A DNA stretch of 34,238 nucleotides from an archaeon (GCA_024277315.1 JAJRVK010000073.1:1-34238); one strand, 5' to 3'. Counted from the stretch's first letter, positions 1 through 10,238 are shown. Notes: generated from the sequence alone by a model not told the origin. Program-made: numbers and translations.

Positions 1-108
1 AGCTGTCGCGACCTTCACGAATCTTCCCGGTGTTATCTGGTATTCGGTCTCGAGCATAGCATCCAACCCACATATAAACAAATGGATGTAAAAAGTTTCC
101 GTTCATAT

Positions 109-1647
109 TCAGTGCTTGAACACCCTGTGTCCGGTGAATACCATTGCCATACCGTATTCGTTCGCGGCCTTTATGACATCCTCGTCCCTTATTGAGCCGC
201 CGGGATGAATCACAGCTGTAATCCCGGCCTTTGCAGCCTCATCTATCCCGTCCCTGAACGGGAAAAACGCATCGGAGGACATCACCGCTCCTTTTGCCTT
301 TTCTCCCGCTTTGAAAGAGGCAATTTTCACGGCATCCACCCTGCTCATCTGGCCGGCACCTATACCCACTGTTGTTTTATTTTTTGCAAATACTATGCTG
401 TTGGATTTCACATGCTTAGTTACCTTCCACGCGAATATCATATCTCTCAGTTCCTCTTTCGTCGGCTCTCTTTCCGTAACGACCTTCAATTTAGAGGGAT
501 CGAGCCTCGATATGTCCCTGTCCTGTGCAAGCATTCCGCCGACCACCTTTCTGTAGTCCATAGAGGGCTTAGGGGGCCCCAGCGGGCCTGTCTCCATGAT
601 TCTCAGGTTCTTTCTCTTCATCAGCCTTTCAAGTGCCTTTTCCTCATAGGACGGAGCGATTATGACCTCGAGAAAGATTCCTTTCAGGTCCTTCACTATA
701 TCATATTTAACCTCCCGGTTGAGTGCGAGTATCCCGCCGTACGCGGACATGGGGTCGGCATCCATGCCTCTTCTGAAAGCAGTATATATGTCGTCCGCAG
801 ACGAAACTCCGCAGGGGTTCGTATGTTTTATCGCAGCAACTGTCGGCTCATCGAAGTCCTTTATGAGTTCCAGGGCATCGTTGGTGTCCAGTATATTGTT
901 GTAGGAGAGCGCTTTTCCGTGTAGCTGTCTTGCACTCGCTATGCAGGGTTCCGTTATATCGAGTTCTCTGTAAAATGCCGCTTCCTGTTCCTTGTTCTCG
1001 CCGTATCTCAGATCCTGGACCTTCAGATAATGCAGGAAAAGATGAGGAGGGAATTTCAGACCCGTGAATCTCCGGGAAAGCGTGGAATATATCGTGGAAT
1101 CGTATGCTGCGGTGTGGGCAAACGCCTCGAGAGCCAGTTCTCTTCTCATCTCCTGTGGAACATCGCCTTCCTCGACCAGCGCCTCGATAACTTCATCGTA
1201 TCTCGAAGGATTTGAGACCACAACCACATTCTCGTGGTTCTTCGCAGCGCTCCTTATCAGAGTTGGCCCGCCTATGTCTATGTTCTCTATCAGATCCTCG
1301 ATGCTGGCATCCTCCTCTCTTGCCACTCTTTCAAATGGATAAAGGTTCACGACAACCATATCTATAGGCTCTATTCCCTGTTCCTTTATCTGCTTCATAT
1401 GGTCCTCGTTGCGGAGAGCGAGAATTCCTCCGTGGATAACGGGATGCAGGGTTTTGACCCTTCCGTCAAGCATTTCGGGAAAACCGGTTATCTCCTCCAC
1501 CCTTTTAACAGGTATGCCCGCATCCTCCATGGCCCTTGCCGTTCCGCCTGTTGATATTATCTCTATTCCGAGTCCATGGAGGTTCTTTGCCAGATTCACT
1601 ATTCCTGCTTTGTCCGACACACTGAGGAGCGCTCTTCTTATCTTCAA
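109..1647 (-). CDS. purH: Bifunctional AICAR formyltransferase / IMP cyclohydrolase
   Basis: 512-aa ORF. N-terminal MGS-like region (ALLSVSDKAGIV...ISTGGTA...KTLHPVIHGGILA) followed by a full-length AICARFT-type C-terminal part. Confidence 0.93.
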   Translation of the reverse strand: MKIRRALLSVSDKAGIVNLAKNLHGLGIEIISTGGTARAMEDAGIPVKRVEEITGFPEMLDGRVKTLHPVIHGGILALRNEDHMKQIKEQGIEPIDMVVVNLYPFERVAREEDASIEDLIENIDIGGPTLIRSAAKNHENVVVVSNPSRYDEVIEALVEEGDVPQEMRRELALEAFAHTAAYDSTIYSTLSRRFTGLKFPPHLFLHYLKVQDLRYGENKEQEAAFYRELDITEPCIASARQLHGKALSYNNILDTNDALELIKDFDEPTVAAIKHTNPCGVSSADDIYTAFRRGMDADPMSAYGGILALNREVKYDIVKDLKGIFLEVIIAPSYEEKALERLMKRKNLRIMETGPLGPPKPSMDYRKVVGGMLAQDRDISRLDPSKLKVVTEREPTKEELRDMIFAWKVTKHVKSNSIVFAKNKTTVGIGAGQMSRVDAVKIASFKAGEKAKGAVMSSDAFFPFRDGIDEAAKAGITAVIHPGGSIRDEDVIKAANEYGMAMVFTGHRVFKH

Positions 1648-2416
1648 GTTTTCACCACCGCCCGAAAGCAGATAGGGGAAATAAAGTTAACCCCAGGGAA
1701 AAGACATACACGGATTCAGGCGGCATTTGAAACAGAGTAACGGAAATATCCAGAAAAGAGGGAGGAAAAGGATGAACCCGAAGAGGATACAGAGAAGCAG
1801 ACAGAAGAAACGGACGAGATGGACGATGTCTAAAACCTCTTCCAATCCATATTTTAATCATCTTCTTATTGATTTTTACTTTCTCTCTTAATCTCCTATT
1901 TCGGCCTGAACCCATACCCTCCTCCGGTTTTCCAGTATATCCTCACAGGTATATTACTTCTATCAATTCTCTGCTGGCTGTGAACAGGGACATTCATCCC
2001 ATGCCAAAGTCTGTGTTTTCCGTATCGCACCCCGTTATATACGGATTCACGGCCTCTTTTTCGCTTTTTCTGGTCTTTACAGTTCTTCCGCACTCTTCCA
2101 TATCTCCCTGATTCCGGCGATTCTGGGCATTATCATAGCCCTCCATTTCTATTCGCAGCTCGACTGGCAGGAAGAATATGGGAGATACCTGCAGATATTG
2201 GGGTTTCTGATATTCTGGCTGGTACCATGGGCCACAATCATGGAGATGAGCGGCGTCCATGGCATGCTTATCGCAGGCGTTCTGATGCTTGTTTTTCTGT
2301 TCAAACATAAAAATCTCAATAATCAGAACAATCCATGAAACAGAATAAAATAGAAATGGAACAAAACTATTTATACTACTGTCTGTGACCTCAAAGAAAT
2401 CCTAGGAGAGATTGGA

Positions 2417-5400
2417 ATGAAAAAGGAAAAAGGAAAAATGACGCATGTTTTCACGGTTGTGATTGCACTGATGATGCTCCTTCCCGTTGGAAGCATGATG
2501 ATGGTCTCAGGGAATACGGATTCCCGGATAATATATGCTCAGCCGGAGCCAACTGTGCCAGAGAGCGCAGGAGTTCAGGACAGTACGAACACTGTGATAA
2601 TCCAGCCGAACGGAACAGATGGAAAGGACAATTTTCTCTGGGAAACTCGCCTTGGAGAGAATTATGGTGCAATAGATGAGCTCTGGGTAGGCAACTGGTC
2701 AGATGAAAAGAACCTCACAACCCTTATAGAGTTCAATCTGCCGAGCACTACTGGAACGATTTCAGGGGCGACGCTTTCATTATACTGCTATTATCTGGAC
2801 AACAAAACCAGCGGAGTTAACGTTAGCGTCTATCCCCTAAGCGCGATGTGGACAGAGGGTTCAGGTGCGTCGTACATCATACCATCGACCTCAGATTCAT
2901 GCTGGAACAACAGAACCACGAACACACCCTGGAACACGCCTGGAGGAGATTATTATACGTATCCCAGCTCCAACATGGCCGTAACCCATGTTGATGCATG
3001 GTTTTCCTGGGATGTCACGGAGATAGTTAAGGCATGGGCTAACGGCAGTATGGAAAACAATGGATTCCTATTGAAAGGTAATTCAACAGGAAACACATAT
3101 AATTTTGCAGGATTCAGATCTAGTGATTTTTCTGACTCTGCTTTCAGGCCAAAGCTCACACTCCTTTACTCTGTGGAGATAGACCCACCGGTCGCACCCA
3201 TAACCACGGATGAGGACACGCCGGTTGACATAGACCTCAGCGGAAGAGGACAGGGAACAGTGGTACATAATGCAACGGCAAACAACCCTTCTAACGCCAT
3301 CCCTTTCTTTGGAGGGCTATGGGATGAATGCAGATACCAGGTGCTATACACTCCAGACGAGGTCGGTGCAGAAGGGAAGATAACGAGAATAGCATTTGAT
3401 AGGGCTTCTACAGGGAGCGCAAACTTCAGCAATGTGAAAATCTCCATGGCGCACACATCTCTAACAGACCTTACAGACACCTTCGACAACAACTATGTGG
3501 GATATCTCACAGAGGTATTCAAAGAGCCCGAGGTGTTACTGAACTCCTCGGACGACGATTCATGGCTATATTTTGACCTGAACGGAAATTTCACATATGA
3601 TTCCTCACACAATCTGCTGGTAGACATCCAATGGGTCGGTGACGGTGGTGCGTCAGTCTCACTCGAATCCAGAGACGGAGGCTCGAACAACAGGAGAGTG
3701 TACAACGGTACGGCAACGGCAAGCACTGGAAGCCCAAGTGCAACATACATTCTGGCAAAGTTCTATGTGGATACAATTAAGAACGGAGTGCTTGACAGTG
3801 GGACATCAAACAACTACTGGCCATTTAGCGCAGTAGATGACTCCATGCATATGCAGGCACTCTGGCACAGCTCAGATATAGGTGAAAGCGGAAGGATAAC
3901 AAAGTTCTATTTGCAGGCGGCTTACACCGAAGAAACAGTCACCTTTACGAATCTTAGCATCCGTATGGCACATTCTGCGAACACATCTCTGGGTACGGTA
4001 TTCGAAGCAAATCACATCGACCCATGGGTAGAGGTAATAAACAGTTCTTCGTATACGGTTTCCACCAGCGGAGCTCCCGAATGGATAGAGTTCGACCTGA
4101 ATAGGCCTTTTGATTACAATGGTAATGATAACATTGTAATCGATTTCCGGTGGCAGGAATCCGCAGGTACGGCTCCAGGAATATATATAGCCATAAACCT
4201 TTCTGCAACATACGCTGGGCAGATGGGAACTACGGATTATTCAGCAACGACGGGCAGCATAGCAGGGAACTGGGCGTATAATGTCAGATTCGAGTTTGCC
4301 AATTATCCGGGATTCACATGGTCCGCCACAAGCTCAGACATAAGCCTTTTCACAGTGAGCATTGTTAACAACACCCTGCACATAGACCCCGTCGCCAACG
4401 CATACGGCAGCGGAACTGTGGAATTGACACTGCATAACGGTGCATACAGCACGACACAGACGATTCCGGTTACCATAAATCCGGTGAACGACGCACCCGT
4501 CATAAGCGAGGCACCAGAATCTATAGTGTGCGTTGAAGATGTCCCCTATGAACTGGATATGGCACCTTACATCTCAGATGTGGACGACGAGATGGAGAAC
4601 CTGACCATAAGTACCGATTCCTCCTATGCCACGGTTAATGGCACGGTTATAACATTCCTGTATCCTGAAGGAGTGACGGAGGAGAATGTGACCGTGACTG
4701 TGAGCGACCTGGAGGGAACTTCAGATAGCATATGGATAAACGTGAGCGTAACTCTAGTTAATGACCCGCCGTACTTCGTTGACTATGTGGACAACATAAC
4801 TGTAGATGCCACCGTACCGTACACATATCAATTATATCCTGAGGACGAGGAGACACCGGACAATCTCACCATAAGCACCGATTCTTCCTATGCTACGGTT
4901 AATGGCACGGTTATAACATTCCTCTATCCAAAGGGAATAGGTCATCAGACGGTGAACATCTATCTCTCAGACGCAGAAATATATGGCGAGACCAACAACG
5001 TCACATATGTTCTCGATGTAACCATAATAGACCATCCAGAGGTCTCTTCTGTAAGTGTGAGTGGGTATTCCGTGGTAATGGTCTTTGATATGCCTATGAA
5101 CGAGAGCACGGTATCTCTGAGCATAATCGGCAGCGCTGAAGAGCTCTCAGGTAATATATCGTGGAACGCAGATAGCACCACACTCACATTTGCTGCGGAC
5201 ATGGCTGTACAGGGGAACTACACCCTCACCATCCCCGCAACGGCGACCAGTGTAAGCGGCGCCTCCATGCTGGAGCCATACACAGAAACGATAACCTTCG
5301 CATACACTGACGATGACACCGACGGTGACGGTATGAGCGATTCTTGGGAAGCAGAGAATGGACTGGACCCAAATGACGCATCCGATGGAACTGCAGACAA

Positions 5401-5956
5401 TGATAATGACGGTCTTACCAATCTCCAGGAGTATCAGGAGAACACAGATCCCAATAACGATGACACCGACGGCGATGGCATGCCGGACCAGTGGGAACTG
5501 AACAACAGTCTGAATCCAACGGTTAACGATGCAGAGGGTGATGCGGACGGAGACGGCCTCACCAACATTCAGGAATATCAGGAAGGCACTGACCCCCAGA
5601 ACTCAGACACCGATGGAGACGGCATACCTGATGGGAAAGATTCTCAACCTCTTGCGCCTCAGTCCTTCGTGGAGCAGAATATGATGCTCATAGGAATCAT
5701 TGTGCTCCTCGTGATAGTTGCTGTTGCTGTGCTCCTCTTCATGAAAAAGAAGAAGGGCGGGGTACAGTCGGAGATGCAGCGACCTCAGGAGGGATATGCC
5801 CAGCCATACGGAGAGGAGATGCCGCCGACACAGGACTACGATGGGTTTCCAGTGGAACAGGAGACGCCTGAAGAGATGTCCCAGCCTTCCCCTGAAGGTG
5901 AGAGAGGGAATATCGGAAAAGAGCTTGCCGAAAGTTCCGAGAAAGAGACCTTCTAA
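2417..5956 (+). CDS. Large cell-surface protein: DNRLRE-like domain, repeated beta modules, TSP3-like Ca-binding repeats, C-terminal TM anchor
   Basis: 1179-aa ORF. N-terminal hydrophobic signal/anchor ([20 protein letters not shown]). DNRLRE-like stretch ([47 protein letters not shown]). [12 protein letters not shown] / [12 protein letters not shown] / [10 protein letters not shown] repeats. TM helix [17 protein letters not shown] followed by KKKK and an acidic/Pro-rich tail. Many N-x-S/T sequons. TTTATA at 2370-2375 and a GGAGAG SD lie before the ATG. The start could also be M8 (2438). Confidence 0.85.
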   Translation: MKKEKGKMTHVFTVVIALMMLLPVGSMMMVSGNTDSRIIYAQPEPTVPESAGVQDSTNTVIIQPNGTDGKDNFLWETRLGENYGAIDELWVGNWSDEKNLTTLIEFNLPSTTGTISGATLSLYCYYLDNKTSGVNVSVYPLSAMWTEGSGASYIIPSTSDSCWNNRTTNTPWNTPGGDYYTYPSSNMAVTHVDAWFSWDVTEIVKAWANGSMENNGFLLKGNSTGNTYNFAGFRSSDFSDSAFRPKLTLLYSVEIDPPVAPITTDEDTPVDIDLSGRGQGTVVHNATANNPSNAIPFFGGLWDECRYQVLYTPDEVGAEGKITRIAFDRASTGSANFSNVKISMAHTSLTDLTDTFDNNYVGYLTEVFKEPEVLLNSSDDDSWLYFDLNGNFTYDSSHNLLVDIQWVGDGGASVSLESRDGGSNNRRVYNGTATASTGSPSATYILAKFYVDTIKNGVLDSGTSNNYWPFSAVDDSMHMQALWHSSDIGESGRITKFYLQAAYTEETVTFTNLSIRMAHSANTSLGTVFEANHIDPWVEVINSSSYTVSTSGAPEWIEFDLNRPFDYNGNDNIVIDFRWQESAGTAPGIYIAINLSATYAGQMGTTDYSATTGSIAGNWAYNVRFEFANYPGFTWSATSSDISLFTVSIVNNTLHIDPVANAYGSGTVELTLHNGAYSTTQTIPVTINPVNDAPVISEAPESIVCVEDVPYELDMAPYISDVDDEMENLTISTDSSYATVNGTVITFLYPEGVTEENVTVTVSDLEGTSDSIWINVSVTLVNDPPYFVDYVDNITVDATVPYTYQLYPEDEETPDNLTISTDSSYATVNGTVITFLYPKGIGHQTVNIYLSDAEIYGETNNVTYVLDVTIIDHPEVSSVSVSGYSVVMVFDMPMNESTVSLSIIGSAEELSGNISWNADSTTLTFAADMAVQGNYTLTIPATATSVSGASMLEPYTETITFAYTDDDTDGDGMSDSWEAENGLDPNDASDGTADNDNDGLTNLQEYQENTDPNNDDTDGDGMPDQWELNNSLNPTVNDAEGDADGDGLTNIQEYQEGTDPQNSDTDGDGIPDGKDSQPLAPQSFVEQNMMLIGIIVLLVIVAVAVLLFMKKKKGGVQSEMQRPQEGYAQPYGEEMPPTQDYDGFPVEQETPEEMSQPSPEGERGNIGKELAESSEKETF
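4486..5030 (+). repeat. Tandem in-gene duplication of a ~90-aa module inside the surface protein
   Basis: [23 protein letters not shown] occurs twice (nt ~4601-4670 and ~4865-4932). The two copies differ only by synonymous substitutions. The flanking NDAP.../NDPP... module starts are related. Confidence 0.75.
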
Positions 5957-6006
5957 ACCCCTTTACATCACCCATATTTTTTAATTCGGGATGGTATCGG
6001 GGTGGC

Positions 6007-6645
6007 ATGGATGCTGCAGAGATAAAGGAACTATATTCAAAACTGAGGTCGGAAATAGAATATAGGTTGAAGAAGTTTCGTACTCTCTGGGAAAAGGAAG
6101 ATGAAAGGGACGTATTCGCAGAGATGGTTTTCTGTCTTCTCACACCTCAATCTAAGGCAAGGGTCTGCTGGACAGCGGTGGAGAGGATGAAATGGGACAT
6201 ACTTATTAAAGGGAATGAGGAGGAAATCGTCAATTGTCTGGTCGGGGTAAGGTTCAAGTACACCAAGGCCAGAAGGATTATCGAGGTAAGGGAGAGGTTC
6301 GTGAAATACGGGGAAGTCGCAATAAGAACTATTCTCGAGCGATTCGAAGAACCAGAGGAGGCAAGGGATTGGCTTGTCAGTAACATCAGCGGATATGGTT
6401 ACAAAGAGGCAAGCCACTTTCTGAGAAATATCGGTCTCGGAGAAAATCTGGCGATTCTCGACCGACACATCCTCAGGAATCTGGAAGAGGCGGGAGTAAT
6501 TGAAAGAATGCCAAAAACCCTAACAAAAAGAAAGTACCTTGAGATTGAGGGACGGATGAGAGATTTCTCGATAAAAACTGGCATACCTATGGGTGCGCTC
6601 GACCTGATATTCTGGTATATGGGAACAGATGAAATATTCAAATGA
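6007..6645 (+). CDS. ogg: N-glycosylase/DNA lyase, archaeal Ogg2-type 8-oxoguanine DNA glycosylase
   Basis: 212-aa ORF. HhH-GPD-type motif GYGYKEASHFLRNIG...LAILDRHIL (catalytic Lys/Asp context). Size and layout match the Methanocaldococcus-type Ogg. Confidence 0.82.
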   Translation: MDAAEIKELYSKLRSEIEYRLKKFRTLWEKEDERDVFAEMVFCLLTPQSKARVCWTAVERMKWDILIKGNEEEIVNCLVGVRFKYTKARRIIEVRERFVKYGEVAIRTILERFEEPEEARDWLVSNISGYGYKEASHFLRNIGLGENLAILDRHILRNLEEAGVIERMPKTLTKRKYLEIEGRMRDFSIKTGIPMGALDLIFWYMGTDEIFK

Positions 6646-6686
6646 TTTTTGTGATGGGTATTTTCGACACATTGTTCCATAGAACC

Positions 6687-7598
6687 TCACGGCGGACATC
6701 TGGCGCATACGGAGCTGAACAGGGCGGTACTGAGATATCGGTCTCCTCTGTCCGGGAGTATGGCGACTATATTGCCCGCCTCCATCTTTTCCGCAAATTT
6801 GAAAGCTCCCGCCACGGCGGCACCACTGGACATCCCCACGAATATGCCCTCTTTAGTAGCCAGCAATCTGGCCGTTTCAAAGGCCTCCCTGTCATCCACA
6901 CGGATTTTTTCATCCAGGAGAGCGGGATCGTATATGTCCGGGACTATTGATTCGTTCATGTTTTTCAGACCCTGAATCTTGTGTCCAAGCGGAGGTTCGA
7001 CACCGACCACCTTTATCTCTGGGTTCTTCTCCTTGAGATACTTCCCAACACCCATCAGAGTTCCCGTGGTGCCCATCCCGGCGACAAAGACATCTATATT
7101 GCCATTGGTCTGCCTGAATATTTCGGGGCCTGTTGTTTCATAATGGGCCAGAACATTGTTTTCGTTCCTGAACTGGTCCGGCATGAAGTACTTTTCAGGC
7201 TCTTTCGAAACAAGCTCTCGCGCCCTCTTTATCGCACCGTCCGTACCTTCTTCTGGAGGTGTGAGAACGATTTCGGCTCCGAAAGCCTGGAGAATAAGGC
7301 GTCTCTCGACGCTCACACATTCTGGCATGAAAAGCTTTACACGATATCCTTTGGCTGCCCCTATCATTGCCAGAGCGATGCCCGTGTTGCCGGATGTCGG
7401 TTCCACGATTATCTTACTTTTCGTGAGCTCTCCCGACTCTTCGGCCTTTTTTATCATATAGTACGCCGGGCGATCTTTCACCGAGCCTCCCGGGTTGCAT
7501 CCTTCCACCTTTCCGAATATCCTGACAGCGGGTCTTTTTTCGTTAAGATTGGTGATTTCAACAAGCGGTGTATTTCCTATCGCAGACAGTATGCTCAT
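6687..7598 (-). CDS. Cysteine synthase family PLP enzyme (CysK/CysM/O-phosphoserine sulfhydrylase type)
   Basis: 303-aa ORF. GNTPLV, PLP-lysine motif NPGGSVKDR, EPTSGNTGIALA and GMGTTGTLMG loops. Confidence 0.9.
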   Translation of the reverse strand: MSILSAIGNTPLVEITNLNEKRPAVRIFGKVEGCNPGGSVKDRPAYYMIKKAEESGELTKSKIIVEPTSGNTGIALAMIGAAKGYRVKLFMPECVSVERRLILQAFGAEIVLTPPEEGTDGAIKRARELVSKEPEKYFMPDQFRNENNVLAHYETTGPEIFRQTNGNIDVFVAGMGTTGTLMGVGKYLKEKNPEIKVVGVEPPLGHKIQGLKNMNESIVPDIYDPALLDEKIRVDDREAFETARLLATKEGIFVGMSSGAAVAGAFKFAEKMEAGNIVAILPDRGDRYLSTALFSSVCARCPP

Positions 7599-7637
7599 GT
7601 CGGTTTTCCTCCGGTCTTTCTCTTATCTGTCCCGCAT

Positions 7638-8371
7638 TCAGGATGAGTTTTTAATCTTATCCTTTCCGCAGCACACGATCTCTCCCAGATACCATATATC
7701 CTTTCCGTCGTATTCCAGAAGCACTGGCCTCACTATCAGCCCTTTTTGGAGTGCTCTCCTGTAAACTTTCGCAAACTTTGGGTCCGTTCTTTCGTTGGGA
7801 GCGAAGCATCTGCTATCGGCCCTGAAAATTAGCATCAGAAGAACCGCATCTTCTCCCCGGTCAAGCATGGATATGAGCGTCTCCACATGCCTTCTGCCCC
7901 TTTCCGTCGGAGCGTCGGGGAAAGAGCCACGCCGTTTTCTGTGAGCGTGCATCCCTTCACTTCCACGCCTGTAATCTTTCCCTTCTTTTTCACGATGAAA
8001 TCCAGCCTGCTGTGGCCCACCTTAACCTCGGGAATTATCTCGGCATCAGGAAAGAGCATGTGCATTATCCTCTCGGAAATCTTTCTGTGATATCCGGAGT
8101 TTGTAAACACCCACCGATCTCCGTATCTGGAGGCTATAAGGTCCCACTTCGTCTTTCTATCCGGTTTATCGGCACTTTTGAGCAGAACCCTGTTTCCACG
8201 ATAAAGAAGCTCCTCAAGCCTTCCCGGGTCATGCACATGCACCGTTTCTTTTTTACCGTCTATCTCGACCATTCCGGTGAAGCGATTGGGTCTGGAGAGA
8301 AAAATCCCTTCCCTATCCCATTTTACACTCAAAATCTTTATTTTATCTTTTCCATCAGTATTGCGGGGCAA
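7638..8371 (-). pseudogene. sfsA: sfsA (sugar fermentation stimulation protein / nuclease-like), split by a 1-nt frameshift
   Basis: Two overlapping minus-strand ORFs (7835-8371 and 7638-7952) together give a collinear SfsA. The N-part (..FLSRPNRF..HVHDPGRL..SRLDF..VEVKGCTLTENGVAL) continues in another frame as FPDAPTERGRRHVETL.... The shift lies at the run CTTTCCCC (plus strand 7917-7924). The start may be the ATG at 8371 or the TTG at 8332. Confidence 0.8.
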
Positions 8372-8769
8372 AGGTCCATCACACCCTCTATCTTAGAAAT
8401 TTTTTCGGATATTATCCTGCTAAGTTCCTCGGTGTTTTTTGCCCATATCTCGGCCATAATCATGTGGTCTCCCGTCGATGTATAGACCCATCTGACACAG
8501 TCAAGCTTTGACAGTTCCCTCGCGGCGCTCAAAAAGTGTTTCGGTTCGGCATCCATTCCCAGCAAAACCACCGTACTGTAGCCAAGTTTCCCGGGGTCCA
8601 CATCTATGGTATATTTCCGTATAATCCCGTCCTTCTCCAGCTTTTCTATCCTTTTTCTTGCAGTTCCTTCGGATATGTTCAGCCTGCCAGCTATCTCGGT
8701 GTATGAGATTCTCGCATTTTCTATAAGCATTTCCAGTATCTTGGCATCCTTGTCATCCATGTTTTTCAC
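8338..8769 (-). CDS. Lrp/AsnC-family transcriptional regulator
   Basis: 143-aa ORF. N-terminal HTH (DAKILEMLIENARISYTEIAGRLNISEGTARKRIEKLEKDGII) plus a C-terminal RAM/AsnC_trans_reg-like domain. A TTTATTAA box (minus strand, 8796-8803) lies ~26 nt upstream of the ATG. Confidence 0.9.
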   Translation of the reverse strand: MKNMDDKDAKILEMLIENARISYTEIAGRLNISEGTARKRIEKLEKDGIIRKYTIDVDPGKLGYSTVVLLGMDAEPKHFLSAARELSKLDCVRWVYTSTGDHMIMAEIWAKNTEELSRIISEKISKIEGVMDLCPAILMEKIK

Positions 8770-8778
8770 AACAATATC

Positions 8779-8849
8779 TACGAATATCGTATTACTTAAT
8801 AAACTTTTTCCACATATCTGATACGAAATCCTTAAATAGTCTTTACGAA
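8779..8849. promoter_or_regulatory. Divergent lrp / rubredoxin-operon control region with three TACGAA motifs and a 5-3-5 palindrome
   Basis: TACGAA at 8779-8784, 8822-8827 and 8844-8849 (spacings 43 and 22 bp). The first is part of the palindrome TACGA-ATA-TCGTA (8779-8791). A TTAAATA box at 8832-8838 lies 37 nt before the rubredoxin ATG. Confidence 0.3.
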
Positions 8850-8874
8850 TTCTTCAGACAACAAGGTGATAAGA

Positions 8875-9033
8875 ATGAGAAAGTACAGATGCAGAGTTTG
8901 CGGATATGTTTACGATCCCGAAAAGGGGGATCCACGCAGCGGAATAAAGCCCGGTACGGCTTTCGAAGAGCTTCCGGACAATTGGGTTTGTCCGGTATGC
9001 GGGGTAGGCAAGGACATGTTCGAGCCAATGTGA
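8875..9033 (+). CDS. rd: Rubredoxin (52 aa; too short for the supplied ORF track)
   Basis: My own translation: [52 protein letters not shown]. It has the two CxxCG knuckles and the canonical YDP..G..PGT.F..LPD.W.CP.CG pattern. SD AAGGTGA at 8864-8870. Confidence 0.92.
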   Translation: MRKYRCRVCGYVYDPEKGDPRSGIKPGTAFEELPDNWVCPVCGVGKDMFEPM

Positions 9034-9042
9034 GGTGGAAGA

Positions 9043-10233
9043 ATGACAGTAAGAGAAATTAAATCCGGAATATACTCGGTGGGAGCGATTGACTGGGATA
9101 GAACCATCTTTGACGAACTGATACCTCTTCCAGAGGGAACAAGCTACAATTCGTACCTGATAAAGGGGAGCGAAAAGACGGCGCTCATCGACACCGTAGA
9201 CCCGACAAAGATCGACACTCTTCTGGAAAACCTGGAAGAATTAGGCGTAACCTGCCTGGACTATGTCATATCCAACCATGCAGAGCAGGACCATTCCGGA
9301 GCGATACCTGCTGTGCTCGATAGATATCCGGAGGCCGAGGTTATAACGAACGAAAAGTGCAAGGGATTTCTAACGGACCTTCTGGGCGTTCCGGACGAGA
9401 GGTTCACGGTCATAGGGGAAGGGGATGAGATTTCGTTGGGAGACAGAACTCTGAGATTTCTTCTAACCCCCTGGGTGCACTGGCCGGAGACCATGGTAAC
9501 CTATCTGGTGGAGGATAAAATACTGTTCACCTGCGATTTCTTCGGTTCACATGTGGCCACCAGCGACCTGTATGCCAGGGGAAACTACGAGGTATATACG
9601 GGAGCGAAGAGGTACTATGCGGAGATAATGATGCCTTTCAGAACCACGGTCAGGAAAAATGTCGAGAAAATAGAGTCCCTGGACATGGAGATAATAGCTC
9701 CGAGCCACGGTCCGATGTATAAGGACCCGAAGTTCATAATCGATGCCTATAAGGACTGGACATCCGAGGATGTGAAGAACGAGGCCATAATAGCGTTCGT
9801 ATCCATGCACGGAAGCACCAGAAAGGCAGCCGAACATCTGGCCGAAACTCTGATGGAGAGGGGAATAACGGTGAAGGTCTTCAACCTTAGCACCGCAGAC
9901 ATAGGTGAACTGGCCATGGCTCTGGTAGATGCGGCCACCCTTGTTCTCGCGGCCCCAACGGTTCTCGGAGGGATACACCCGTCTGCCATATATGCCGCAT
10001 ACCTGGTGAACGCTCTAAGACCGAAGCTTAGGCACATAGGGATAATAAGCTCCTACGGCTGGGGCGGAATGGCGGTGCAACATGTACAGAACTGCGTAAC
10101 CGTAATAAAGCCGGAGGTGTTTGAGCCCGTTTTGATAAGAGGACATCCCGGAGAGGAAGATCTTAGAAAGATAGATGACATGGCCGAAGAAATCATGAAA
10201 AAGCATGAAAACCTCAATCTGATAAAGAGGTGA
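9043..10233 (+). CDS. fprA: Flavodiiron protein (FprA / rubredoxin:oxygen oxidoreductase type)
   Basis: 396-aa ORF. Metallo-beta-lactamase-like domain with the diiron motif SNHAEQDHSG, followed by a flavodoxin-like domain (AIIAFVSMHGSTRKAAE). Starts 9 nt after the rubredoxin stop and is preceded by an SD. Confidence 0.9.
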   Translation: MTVREIKSGIYSVGAIDWDRTIFDELIPLPEGTSYNSYLIKGSEKTALIDTVDPTKIDTLLENLEELGVTCLDYVISNHAEQDHSGAIPAVLDRYPEAEVITNEKCKGFLTDLLGVPDERFTVIGEGDEISLGDRTLRFLLTPWVHWPETMVTYLVEDKILFTCDFFGSHVATSDLYARGNYEVYTGAKRYYAEIMMPFRTTVRKNVEKIESLDMEIIAPSHGPMYKDPKFIIDAYKDWTSEDVKNEAIIAFVSMHGSTRKAAEHLAETLMERGITVKVFNLSTADIGELAMALVDAATLVLAAPTVLGGIHPSAIYAAYLVNALRPKLRHIGIISSYGWGGMAVQHVQNCVTVIKPEVFEPVLIRGHPGEEDLRKIDDMAEEIMKKHENLNLIKR

Positions 10234-10238
10234 AAAAT

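Noticed and set aside
1-57. Possible minus-strand gene start (MLETEYQITPGRFVKVATA...) running off the left edge.
   Set aside because: Only 19 codons are visible. The TATA-like box is too close (14 nt) for confident promoter assignment, and the family cannot be identified.
1652-2308. Minus-strand ORFs 1652-1915 (87 aa) and 1994-2308 (104 aa), and + ORF 1869-2111.
   Set aside because: No SD or TATA context, odd composition and no recognisable motif. They are not supported as genes.
5308-5645. Repetitive GAYACYGAYGGYGAYGG DNA that could be mistaken for a tandem-repeat or CRISPR-like element.
   Set aside because: It is in frame and encodes DxDxDG calcium-binding repeats of the surface protein. 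No spacer-repeat periodicity is present. No CRISPR array, tRNA or rRNA signature was found anywhere in the window.
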